A program made the translations under genes and the position numbers. Source: Hypanus sabinus (lineage: Eukaryota). From it: 64,000 nt of DNA. The notes below the pieces were generated by a model. That model did not search any database. It saw only the letters and a program-made list of their open reading frames with translations, and had not been told where the DNA came from. This document shows positions 49,662-61,500 of the stretch, one piece after another (within the stretch, counting starts at the first letter, position 1; each line of letters starts with the position of its first letter). The DNA lies in assembly GCF_030144855.1 (NCBI RefSeq), contig NC_082733.1, positions 5,394,001-5,458,000 on the forward strand. Reading direction: 5' to 3'.

Positions 49662-50774
49662 CACAAATAAAGCAATGCATTTTCAGTTTATGGTGGAAGG
49701 GGGTAGTGGGGGCTGATGGGAGGAGAAAACAAAAGAGCAGTTCTTCAAGTAGGGACAGCAGTTTACATTAGATTCCTTGTAAATAATGTTCTGGAAGGCC
49801 TCAACTTATCCAATAAGGCATACAAGATCCAAGTTGTTTGCACAGAATTTTGACCAAGTGATCACAAGCATCATTCTGCCAGATGATCAGAGCAAATTTT
49901 CAGAAGAGCACTATCAATGCAATTAGTATTTTACATGACAAGATTAGGAGAAATATATTATCTTCAAAACCTATTCAATAGAAATTTATTATGCCTTACC
50001 TTCATCTCCTGACACTCGGTGAGATTACCATCACTGAATTCCTCTCCGTCATTCTCCTTGGGGTTGCCATTGACCTGAAATGACAAGTATCGGTCAGACA
50101 CTAGGAACACTGTGATGAATATCTCCCCAGAGCCTATCCACCATGTAATAAAATATTCTCCACTTGACTAAATGAGTACAGCTTTAGCAATATTCCATAA
50201 ACTCAACACTATCCAAGTCAATAGCCTACCTGATAGACAGCCCCATCCACAACAACTTAGTCACTCCACCACCAATGGTTAGTGGCAGCAATCTGTACCA
50301 TCTACAGGATGCACTGCATCAGCTCACCAAGACTCCTTAAACAGCATGTTCCAAGCCCACCACCTCTACCAGCTGGAAGTTGCCCTCTAAGTACATTACT
50401 GACTTGGATTGTTCTTCCTTCACCATCATTGCGTCAACATCCAGAAACATCCTGCTCAAGATCATTGTGTGCATGCTCATACCTCAAATAATGTTGTGGT
50501 TCAAGAAGGCAGCTAACCACCACCTTCTCAAGGGCAATTAGGTTTGGGTTCAGTCTGCGTAGCCACATTCTTTGATTGAATTAGAAATAACTTGTCTGTT
50601 CTACTTCCATTTCTCTTTTACTTAAATCATTTTGATTTAGATTGAATTTTATTATCTCATCTATTGTCTACTTTTTCAACATTCAAGTTTAGAATTAGAT
50701 TTCTATGTTTTTTTTCTGTTATGATGAACCACAGTTTTCTAAGTCACTCTCACCAGTTGAATTTGTGTGTTTAG

Positions 50775-50851
50775 AAGGGACAAGAGGAAATACTGTCTCA
50801 ATCAAGACCACAGTATGAAACAACGGGACCACTGGACAAAGCAAATCTGAG
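50775..50851 (+). CDS. TEX9: TEX9 exon 4 (KGQEEILSQSRPQYETTGPLDKANL-R)
   Basis: TTTAG acceptor, open phase-0 frame, AG|GTACAT donor; loosely aligns with the TEX9 segment RDRQEVRSRP...SLR. Confidence 0.78.
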
Positions 50852-51264
50852 GTACATAATTAACTTAAGAACAAATGTACTGTTGTGAAGGAATATTATG
50901 ATATATATATATAAATTTGTACAAGATTACCTAGAATTGTTTGTCAAATTACATTTTGTTATCTCATAATTTATGTATCCTGTTCACAGTTTACCTACCC
51001 AAGTGAATAAATTTGTAATTCCCTATTTTATGTCTTTTCTTTCTAATGTGCACCCATTCACATAACCTTCCTATACTCTTTACAGACTCCCTATCGTCCT
51101 TAAACTTGCATTCCCACCTATCTTTGCCTTGTAAAGAATTCTGGCTGTAATACACTGGTCCATGTTTGTAATGTACACAGTATTCTGATTTTAAGCTGAT
51201 TTTGGTATTGGATTAGTTCAATATTGTTTTCTTGAATTTGTATTTGCCTATAAACAAAAAGAAC

Positions 51265-54120
51265 AACAACAACACACACAAAATGCTGGTAGAACACAAC
51301 AGGCCAGGCAGCATCTATAGGGAGAAGCGCTGTTGACGTTTCGGGCCAAGACCCTTCGTCAGGACTAACCGAAAGGAAAGATAGTAAGAGATTTGAAAGT
51401 AGAGGGGGAGGGGGAAATGCAAAATGATAAGAGTAGACCGGAGGGGGTGGGATGAAGCTAGGAGCTGGAAAGGTGATTGGCGAAAATGATACAGAGCTGG
51501 AGAAGGGAAAGGATCATGGGACGGGAGGCCTCAGGAGAAAGAAAGGTGGTGGGGGGGGGGGGAGCACCAGAGGGAGAAGGAGAACAGGCAAACAACTAAA
51601 TATGTCAGGGATGGGGTAAGAAGGGGAGGAGGGGCATTAACGGAAGATAGAGAAATCAATGTTCATGCCATCAGGTTGGAGGCTACCCAGCCGGGATATA
51701 AGGTGTTGTTCCTCCAACCTGAGTTTGGATTCATTTTGACAATAGAGGAGGCCATGGATAGACATATCAGAATGGGAATGGGACGTGGAATTAAAACGTG
51801 TGGCCACTGGGAGATCCTGCTTTTTCTGGCGGACTGAGCATAGGTGTTCCATGAAATGGTCTCCCAGTCTGCATCGGGTCTCGCCAATATATAAAAGGCC
51901 ACATTGGGAGCACCAGAAGCAGTATACCACACCAGCCGACTCACAGGTGAAGTGACAGCCTCACCTGGAAGGACTGTCTGGGGTCCTGAATGGTGGTGAG
52001 GGAGGAAGTGTAAGGGCAGGTGTAGCACTTGTTCCGTTTACAAGGATAAGTGCCAGGAGGGAGATCCGTGGGAAGGGATGGGGGGGACGAGTGGACAAGG
52101 GAGTCGTGTAGGGAGCGATCTCTGTAAAAAGCAGAAAGGGGGGGAGGGAAAAATGTGTTTGGTAGTGGGATCCCGGCGGAAGTTACAGAGAATTATATGT
52201 TGGACCTGGAGGCTGGTGGGGTGGTAGGTAAGGACAAGGGGAACCCTATCTCGAGTGGGGTGGCGGGTGGATGGGGTGAGGGCAGATGTGCGGGAAATGG
52301 GAGAGATGCGTTTGAGAGCAGAGTTGATGGTGGACGAAGGAAAGCCCCTTTGCTTAAAAAAGGAAGACATCTCCTTCGTCCTGGAAAGAAAAGCCTCATC
52401 CTGAGAGCAGATGCGGCGGAGACGGAGGAATTGTGAGAAGGGGATAGCCTTTTTGCAAGAGACAGGGTGGGAACAGGAATAGTCCAGGTAGCTGTGAGAG
52501 TCTGTAGGTTTATAGTAGATATCAGTAGATAGGCCGTCTCCAGAGATGGAGACAGAAAGATCAAGAAAGGGGAGGGAGATGTCGGAAATGGACCAGGTAA
52601 ATTTGAGGGCAGGGTGAAAGTTGGAGGCAAAGTTAATGAAGTCGGCGAGCTCAGCACGCGTGCAAGAGGCAGCACCAATGCAGTCGTCGATGTAGCGAAG
52701 GCAAAGAGTGGGACGGATACCAGTATAGCCTTGGAGCATGGACTGTTCCACAAAGCCAACAAAAAAGCAGGCATAACTGGGACCCATACAGGTGCCCATG
52801 GCTACACCCTTGGTTTGGAGGAAGTGGGAGGAGCCAAAGGAGAAATTATTGAGAGTAAGAACTAATTCCGCTAGACGGAGGAGAGTGGTGGTAGAGGGGA
52901 ATTGGTTAGGTCTGGAATCCAAAAAAAAACCGAAGAGCTTCGAGACCATCTCAGTGGGGGATGGAGGTATATAGGGACTGGATGTCCATGGTGAAAATAA
53001 GACGGAGGGGGCCAGGGAATTTAAAATCATTGAAAAGATTCAAAGCATGAGAAGTGTCACAAACATAGGTGGGAAGAGATTGAACAAGGGGGGATAAGAC
53101 AGTGTCAAGGTATGCAGAAATGAGTTCAGTGGGGTAGGAGCAAGCTGAGACAATAGGTCTACCTGGACAGGCAGGTTTGTGGATCTCAGGTAGGAGGTAG
53201 AAACGGGAAGTGTGGGGTGTGGGAACTTTGAGGTTTGTAGCAGTGGATGGGAGATCCCCAGAGCTAATAAGGTTGGTGATGGTATTGGAGACAATGGCCT
53301 GGTGCTCCTTAGTGGGATCATGATCAAGGGGTAAATAAGAGGTGTTATCAGAGAGTTGTCGCTATGCCTCAGCCAGGTAGAGGTCAGTACGCCAGACAAC
53401 AACAGCTCCCCCCTTATCAGCGGGTTTTATAGCGAGGTTGGGATTGGTGCGGAGGGAGCGGAGAGCAGAGCTTTCGGAGGGAGTGAGGTTGGAATTGGAA
53501 CAGGGTGTGGTGAAGTCAAGACGGTTAATGTCCCGTCGACAATTAGCAATAAAGAGATCCAGAGCAGGTAGAAGACCAGAGCTGGGTGTCTGTGAAGAGG
53601 AGGAGGGTTGAAGATGGGAGGGCTCATCGGTGGGGGTAGGAGAGTCCTTGCCAAAGAAGTAAGCTCGGAGACGGAGCCGGCGGAAGAAGAGTTCAGCGTT
53701 ATGGAGTACGCAGAACTCATTGAGGTGTGGGCGAAGGGGGACAAAGGTGAGGCCCTTAATGAGGACAGAGCGCTCTGCCTCAGAGAGTTGAAGGTCGGAG
53801 GGGATGGTAAAGACCCGGCACGGGTGAGAGATGGGATCAGAGCGGGGAGAGAGGCTGGTGGTGTCAGTGGAGAGGGAAGGGTTGGGGTGAGAGGAAGATG
53901 GAGCCTCTGAGGGTCCAGGAGCTGACGATGGGATCTGAGGGAGAGGGGATTGCAGAGTGGTGGTGGGGGAAGGGGAGACGGGAGTTACAATCACAGCATG
54001 TGAAGACCCGGCCTGGAGTTCAAGGCTGGAGTTGCAGTCGATGGTTGCGCAATCATTTTGAAGCTGTCCATGGTCGTTGGAACCCGCGTTGATGGTGCTG
54101 TAGTTCGGGATCTTTGAAAT
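51265..54120 (-). mobile_element. Largest Penelope-like retroelement (RT plus GIY-YIG endonuclease), frameshifted
   Basis: N-terminal SEAERSVLIKGLTF...KPADKGGAVVVW (53362-53994); RT QTKGVAMGT...RYIDD...LPFLDL (52038-53030); GIY-YIG VYCFWCSQCGLLYIGETRCRLGDHFMEH (51637-51930); terminal hammerhead. Confidence 0.95.
51330..51367 (-). ncRNA. Minimal hammerhead ribozyme motif at the 3' end of the Penelope element
   Basis: Minus strand TAGTC-CTGACGA-A-GGGT-CTTG-GCCC-GAAA-CG-TC-AACAG; core intact, stem I weakened. Confidence 0.72.
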
Positions 54121-54582
54121 AAAAAGAAGGATCTGTTTGCTTCTGTTAATGTTCTTTGTATTTGTATAGCAAGGTGCCTTGTTCTAGAAATTCATTTATA
54201 CACCATTGCTAATATGTCATTTTTAGAATGTTTCCAGGAACAATAAGTACACTTATAAGTACATAGTTTTGGGAATAATCATCAGTCAGTCCCTGAGAAA
54301 CCAGAGTTTTCATATTGCAGGCTAGACTGAGACAGCATTAGTTTATCCCCATTCTATTTCTATCCTAAGGCCCAGAAATGATGTTCATTTACTGATTTCA
54401 CAGCACACCCAACCCTAACCATTCCCATTTTCCCCAACTGAGACAGGCCTCAATCTCCTAGCGCCCCAATAGTCACAGGCTTCAGCACTCATCACAGACC
54501 AAACAAAATCCCTGTCAGATGCAGGTCCTAAATGTCAGTCCCAAACGTCAGTCACTACATTTCTAAGTCCTATTAATTTCAT

Positions 54583-54930
54583 TTGGGTGGAGATATATCT
54601 GTAACAAAGGAGGTGTAAGGTGCTCTTTCTCTCCATTAGCTTACAGGTCAACTTTGGACAAAGTGTAGCACCTGCTTAGACCCCTAATCAGGGTCATGTG
54701 AAACCATGGGAGCAGCTGGTGCATATCACAAGCCCTGATTATGCAACTACTGATGCCAGACAGACAATCTCTGAAGAGTATTGATAATGGCTGGGGTCAC
54801 CAGTCTAGTAAACATATTAACCAGAAGAAGGAAATGGCAAGCCACTTCTGTAGAAAAAAAATTGCCAAGAACAATCATGAACATGAATAGTACCATGTTG
54901 AACAGCATGGTACATAATGATTATGATGAT
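54583..54930 (+). mobile_element. Short retroposon with an RTE/BovB-like 3' end and a 12-bp TSD
   Basis: TATTAATTTCAT at 54571-54582 and 54931-54942; GAAGAAGGAAATGGCAAGCCACTTC motif; (ATG)n tail. Confidence 0.72.
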
Positions 54931-55759
54931 TATTAATTTCATACTATTCAAACTTGTTTTCTTTATGACTCTTGAGAGTCAGGTTTTTATGTAGACAATG
55001 GTAGTTGCCTCCAGGGGTACAATGCATTACCAGGGTAGTGGGAGAAGGCAATTTGATGAAGTTTAAGAGGCTTAAGATAGACGCATGATGTGAAAGGAAT
55101 GGAGGGATATGGATGAGACACAGGATATTTAGTATAAATTGGCATCAAGGTTGGTACATTGTCATGAATCAAATGGCCTTTTCAATGCTGTACTGTTGTA
55201 TGTTCCTATTCTTGATAAGCTTTAGTATTGAATTGCAGCCGCCCTTCTGGGTCAATCTGCATGCCCTTCGGTAGCATTTTATACACATGGCCACAAATAG
55301 TCATCAATTGGGTGTTCTCAGAAAATTTTATTAAGATAACCTTAATTCTTAGTTTCAAGTAATTTATATTTGCAACACGTAAGTACAGCTTCACCACAAC
55401 CAGCATGGAACACTGCACCATTATGTCTATTCCTGCCCTTTTGCTTTCTGGCCTCCAGGTACTACATAATTCATGTAACTGCAGTCCTCTTAATTTCATG
55501 GGCCATTACCATTACAATGATTCTTTGATATTTTTAATTAAATCATTTTTGAAAATTCATGTTACTTAAACATTTTTTATCAATTTGTAGAGTAATTTTA
55601 CAAGATTCTTCAATCTTTGACTTGCCATTTAAAAAAAATTGTACTGACTGCTTTGGTAATTCCTCAGTGCTTCATAATTGGATGATATTTGCTTCTGATT
55701 CCTTGATTATTCATATTAACTTTTTAAAAGAGTTATCTTGTTTACCACACTCAAGTCAG

Positions 55760-56560
55760 AGATTTATTTTTCCAGCATCTATGGAAAGGAATAAACTGTT
55801 GATGTTTTGGAAGGGAATGACGAAGAAGCTAGAAGAAGGTGGGGAAGTGGGGAGGAATACAGGCTAGAAGGTAATAGGTGATAGGATACCTTCCCTCAAC
55901 TCTGCTTTCCACAGGGATCACACTTGCCCTCATTCCCTTGTCTTTTCGTCTCTACCCACTAATCTCCCTCCTGGTACTTATTCTTGCAAACAGAAGATGT
56001 GTTACACCTGTACATTCACTCCCACTCTCACCTGTATTCCAGGCCCCAAACAGTCCTTGCAGGTGAGACAAGACTTCACCTGTAAGCTTGTAGGGATTTT
56101 TAAATGTGTCCAATGCTCTTGATATGACCTCTTCTACATCAGTGAGACCCAACGTAGATTGGGGGATTGCTTTGTCATGTCCCTTTGCTCTATCCTCAGC
56201 AAGCAGGATTTCCAGTCTCCATTCCCATTCTGACATGTCAGTCCAAGGCCTCCACTACTGTTGTGATGAGGCCACTCTCAGGTTGGAGGAGCAAAACCTT
56301 ATATTCCATCTGGGTAGCCTCCAACCTGATGGCATAAACCTCAATTTCTCTATCTTCCAATAATATTTCCCCCTCCACATTTCCTTCTCTTCAGTTCTTC
56401 ACTCAGGCTCTCCTCTTACCTGTTCTCTTCTCCTCACCTGCTTATCACCTCTCCCTCTCCTGGTGCCCCTCCTCTTTCCTTTCTTCATCATCTAATCTCC
56501 TGTCCTATCAGATTCTGCTTTCTTCAACCCTTTACCTTTTCCACCTGTTACCTCCTAACT
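55760..56560 (+). mobile_element. Penelope-like 3' fragment with a short inverted 5' piece
   Basis: DEATLRLEEQNLIFHLGSLQPDGIN (56106-56363); inverted terminal fragment at ~55765-55880. Confidence 0.78.
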
Positions 56561-59500
56561 TCAGAATCAGAATTAGGATTAATATCACTGGCATATGTTT
56601 TGAAATTTGTTATTTTCTGCGGCAGTACATTCTAATCCATAATGAAAAAAACTATAAGTTACAAAAGAGGTATATATAACAAAATTAAATTACATAGGTA
56701 GTGCAAAAAGAGAGGAAATTAATAGTGAGGTAGTGTTCTTGGATTCATTGTCCATTCAGAAATCTGAATGGCGGTTGAGAAGAAGCTGTTCCTAAAACAT
56801 TGAGTGTGTCTTCAGACTCCTGTACTCCTTGTAGCAATGAGAAGAGGGTATGTCTTGGGTGATGGGGGTCCTCAATGGCAGATGCTGCCTTTCTGAGGCA
56901 TTACCTTTTGAAGACATCTTTAATGCTGGGGAGGCTAGTGCCCATGATGGAACTGGTTGAGTTTACAACATTCTGCATTTTTTCCAATCCTGTGCAGCAG
57001 CCCTTCCATACCAGACAGTGATGCAACCAATTAAAATGCTCTCTATCAATAGAAATTTGTGAATATCAGAAAATATTGTGGAGACATACCAAATCTCCTC
57101 AAACTCCAAATGAAATAAAGCTGCTGTTGTGCCTTCTTTATAATTACATCAGTATGTTGGGCTCTGGATAAATCTTCAGAGATTTTGACACCCAGGAATT
57201 TGAAACTGCACCTTTTCCACTGCTGATCCCTCAATGACTTGTGAGTGTTCCCTCAACTTCCCCTTCCTGAAGTCCGCTATCAATTCCCTTGTCGTACTGA
57301 TGTTGAGTACAAGGTTGTTGTTGCAACACCACTCAACCAGCTGATCTGTCAGGTTCCTGTGTGCCTTCACCATGGGAAATTCTCCCAACAATAACCATAT
57401 AACCATATAACAACCACAGCACGGAAACAGGCCATCTTGGCCCTCCTAGTCCGTGCCGAACCCTTAATCTCACCTAGTCCCACCTACCTGCACTCAGCCC
57501 ATAACCCTCCACTCCTTTCCTGTCCATATACCTATCCAATTTTACCTTAAATGACACAACTGAAATGGCCTCTACTACTTCTACAGGAAGCTCATTCCAC
57601 ACAGCTATCACTCTTTGAGTAAAGAAATACCCCATCGTGTTTCCCTTAAACTTCTGCCCCCTAACTCTCAAATCATGTCCTCTAGTTTGAATCTCCCCCC
57701 TCTCAATGGAAACAGCCTGTTCACGTCAACTCTATCTATCCCTCTCAAAATTTTAAATACCTCGATCAAATCCCCCCTCAACCTTCTACGCTCCAATGAA
57801 TAGAGACCTAACTTGTTCAACCTTTCTCTGTAACTTAATTGCTGAAACCCAGGTAACATCCTAGTAAATCGTCTCTGCACTCTCTCTAATTTATTGATAT
57901 CTTTCCTATAATTCGGTGACCAGAACTGCACACAATATTCCAAATTTGGCCTTACCAATGCCTTGTACAACTTTAGCATTACATCCCAACTTCTGTACTC
58001 AATGCTTTGATTTATAAAGGTCAGCATTCCAAAAGCCCTCTTCACCACCCTATCTACATGAGACTCCACTTTCAGGGAACTATGCACAGTTATTCCTAGA
58101 TCTCTCTGTTCCTCTGCATTCCTCAATGCCCTACCATTTACTCTGTATGTTCTATTTGGATTATTCCTGCCAAAATGTAGAACCTCACACTTCTCAGCAT
58201 TAAACTCCATCTGCCAACGTTCAGCCCATTCTTCTAACCAGCATAAATCTCCCTGCAAGCTTTGAAAATCCACCTCATTATCCACAACACCTCCTACCTT
58301 AGTATCATCGGCATACTTACTAATCCAATTTACCACCCCATCATCCAGATCATTTATGTATATTACAAACAACATTGGGCCCAAAACAGATCCCTGAGGC
58401 ACCCCGCTAGTCACCGGCCTCCATCCCGATAAACAATTATCCACCACTACTCTCTGGCATCTCCCATCTAGCCACTGTTGAATCCATTTTATTACTCCAG
58501 CATTAATACCTAACGACTGAACCTTCTTAACTAACCTTCCATGTGGAACTTTGTCAAAGGCTTTGCTGAAGTCCATATAGACTACATCCACTGCCTTACC
58601 CTTGTCAACATTCCTCGTAACTTCTTCAAAAAATTCAATAAGGTTTGTCAAACATGACCTTCCACGCACAAATCCATGCTGGCTACTTCTAATCAGATCC
58701 CATCTATCCAGATAATTATAAATACTATCTCTAAGAATACTTTCCATTAATTTACCCACCACTGATGTCAATCTGACAGGTCTATAATTGCTAGGCTTCC
58801 TTCTAGAACCCTTTTTAAACAATGGAACCACATGAGCAATACGCCAATCCTCCGGCACAATCCCCGTTTCTAATGACATCTTAAAGATCTCCGTCAGAGC
58901 TCCTGCTATTTCTACACAAACTTCCCTCAAGGTCCTGGGGAATATCCTGTCAGGACCCGGAGATTTATCCACTTTTAAATTTCTTAAAAGCGCCAGTACC
59001 TCCACCTTTTTAATTGTCATAGGTTCCATAACTTCCTTGTTTCCCACACCTTAGACAATTCAATATCCTTTTCCTTAGTGAATACCGAAGAGAAGAAATC
59101 ATTCAAAATCTCTCCCATCTCCTTCGGTTCCACACATAGCTGACCACTCTGATTCTCTAAGGGGCCAATTTTATCCCTCACTATCCTCTTGCTTTTAATA
59201 TAACTGTAGAAACCTTTCGGATTTACTTTCACCTTATTTGCCAAATCGTATCTTCTTTTAGCTTTTCTAATCTCTTTCTTAAGATTCCTTTTACATTCTT
59301 TATATTCCTCGAGCAATTCCTTTACTCCATGCTGCCTATATCTATTGTAGACATCCCTCTTTTTCTGAACCAAATTTCTAATATCCCTTGAAAACCATGG
59401 TGCTCTCAAACCTTTAACCTTTCCTTTCAACCTAACAGGAACATAAAGATTCTGTACCCTCATAATTTCACCCTTAAATGACCTCCATTTCTCTATTACA

Positions 59501-61500
59501 TCCTTCCCATAAAACAACTTGACCCAATCCACTCTCTCTAAATCCCTTCGCATCCCCTCAAAGTTAGCCTTTCTCCAATCAAAAATCTCAACTCTAGGTC
59601 CAGTCCTGTCCTTCTCCATAATTATTTTGAAGCTAATGCTATTGTGATCACTGGACCCGAAGTGCTCCCCAACACATACATCTGTCAGCTGACCTATTGC
59701 ATTCCCTAACAGGAGATCCAACACTACCCCATCTCTAGTCGGTACTTCTATGTATTGTTGCAAAAAACTATCCTGCACACACTTCACAAACTCTAAACCA
59801 TCCAGCCCTTTTACAGAATGAGCTTCCCAGTCTACGTGTGGAAAATTAAAATCTCCCACAATCACCACCTTATGTTTACTACAAATATCTGCTATCTCCT
59901 TACACATTTGCTCTTCCAACTCACGCGCCCCATTAGGTGGCTTATAATACACTCCTATCAGTGTTACTGCATCTTTCCCATTCTTCAATTCCACCCAAAT
60001 GGCCTCCCTAGAGGAGCTCTCTAATCTATCCTTCCAAAGCACTGCCATAAGATTTTCTTGGACAAGCAATGCAACACCTCCTCCTCTGGCCCCTCCTACT
60101 CTATCACACCTGAAGCAACTAAATCCAGGAATATTTAGTTGCCAATCACACCCTTCCTGCAACCATGTTTCACTAATAGCTACAACATCATAATTCCAGG
60201 TATCAATCCACCCTTTAAGCTCATCCACCTTTCTTACAATGCTCCTAGCATTAAAATAGATACATTTAAGATACTCTCCATCTCCTCCTCTCTTTCCATC
60301 CCTAACAATGCATTCAAATTTATTATCTTTTTCTTTCTTCTCCCCTACATCTTCGGGCTGAGCGCATCCCTTCTCCATCACCTGCCTTTCCTCCCTCACA
60401 CACTGTCTATTTACTTGCTCCATTGGTGAACTAACCTCCTCTCCCATAGTCTCCTCAAATAGTCTCCCGGCCCCCCATCTTACTAGTTTAAAGTCCGCCC
60501 TGTAGCCCTAGCAAACCTCTCAATTGTGTCATCAGCCAATTTATAAATGATATTAGAGCTGTGCCTAGCTGCACAGTTGTGGGTGTAAAGAGAGTAGAGT
60601 AGTGGGCTAAGCACTCATCCTTGATTCACTCAGATCAGAATTCATCCCAGTGGGGAAATCAAGCATCCAGTTGCAGAGTATCAGGTTTTGGAGCTTGTTA
60701 TTTAGAACTGAGGGTATGATTGTGTTGAACACTGAGTTGTAGTCAATAAACAGCAGCCTGATGAAGGTACTAAATATTGTCCAGGTGATCCAAGGCCCAT
60801 TGGTGAGCCAGTGAGAATGTATCTGCTGTAGACCTATTGTGGCAATAGGCAAATTGCAGTGTGTCCAGGTCCTTGCTTAAGCAAGAGTTGATTCTAGCCA
60901 TGACCAACATAGCAAAGCACTTCATCACAGTCATTGGGCAATAGTTCACACTGCTCTTCATCACTAGTATGATTGTCCTTTTAAAGCAGGTGGGAACCTC
61001 CAACTGCAACAGTGAGAGTTTGAAGATGTCCTTGAACACTCCCGCCAGTTGGTTTTCATGGGTTTTCTGAGCCCAGTCAGATACACCATCAGGACCTGAT
61101 GCCCTGCGTGGGTTCATGTTCTTGAAAGATGTTTTGACGTCAGCCTCTGAGATGGAGATCACAGGGTCACCAGGCAACTCGAGCATTTGCACAGATTTAG
61201 TTTTATTCTGCCTTTCAAAGCGTGCCTAAAAGGCATTGAGCTTATCATGGAGTGATGCATCATGGCTATAGGTTTTGCTTTGTAGGAAGTAATGGCCAAC
61301 AACCCCTGCCAGAGCTAACGTGCATCCAATTCTGTCTTTAACCTCAATTGGAATTGTTTTCTCACTTTTAAAATAGCCTTCTGTGGGTCGTACTGGACTT
61401 ATTGTATAGTTCTGGATCACCGATCTTTACTGCCACAGATCTAGCCCTCAGCAGACTGAATAGCCCGCAACTTTTAGTTTGGGTATGTCCGGTGTGTTCT
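56560..61500 (-). mobile_element. Rex1/Babar-like LINE split by a CR1 insertion (56560-57392 and 60521-61500)
   Basis: FKFLGVKISEDLS...KKAQQQLYF on the left; DTLQFAY...NRST and [14 protein letters not shown] on the right; host sequence continuous across the CAAT duplication. Confidence 0.87.
57393..60520 (-). mobile_element. Young 5'-truncated CR1 LINE with nearly intact ORF2 (APE endonuclease 59017-60447; RT 57668-59047; C-terminus 57474-57671)
   Basis: YFNARSI...AISETWL...GDFNFP...SDHN endonuclease motifs; [24 protein letters not shown] and YADD RT motifs; (TATATGGT)n tail; CAAT at 57389-57392 and 60521-60524; two frameshifts. Confidence 0.97.

Noticed and set aside
54227-54266. Possible TEX9 exon 5 after a TTTTTAG acceptor
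   Set aside because: Short frame that ends in a stop, weak donor candidates and no recognisable TEX9 similarity.
57474-60447. Domesticated RT gene or novel retron-like system
   Set aside because: Standard CR1 ORF2 with 3' microsatellite tail, 5' truncation and frameshifts.
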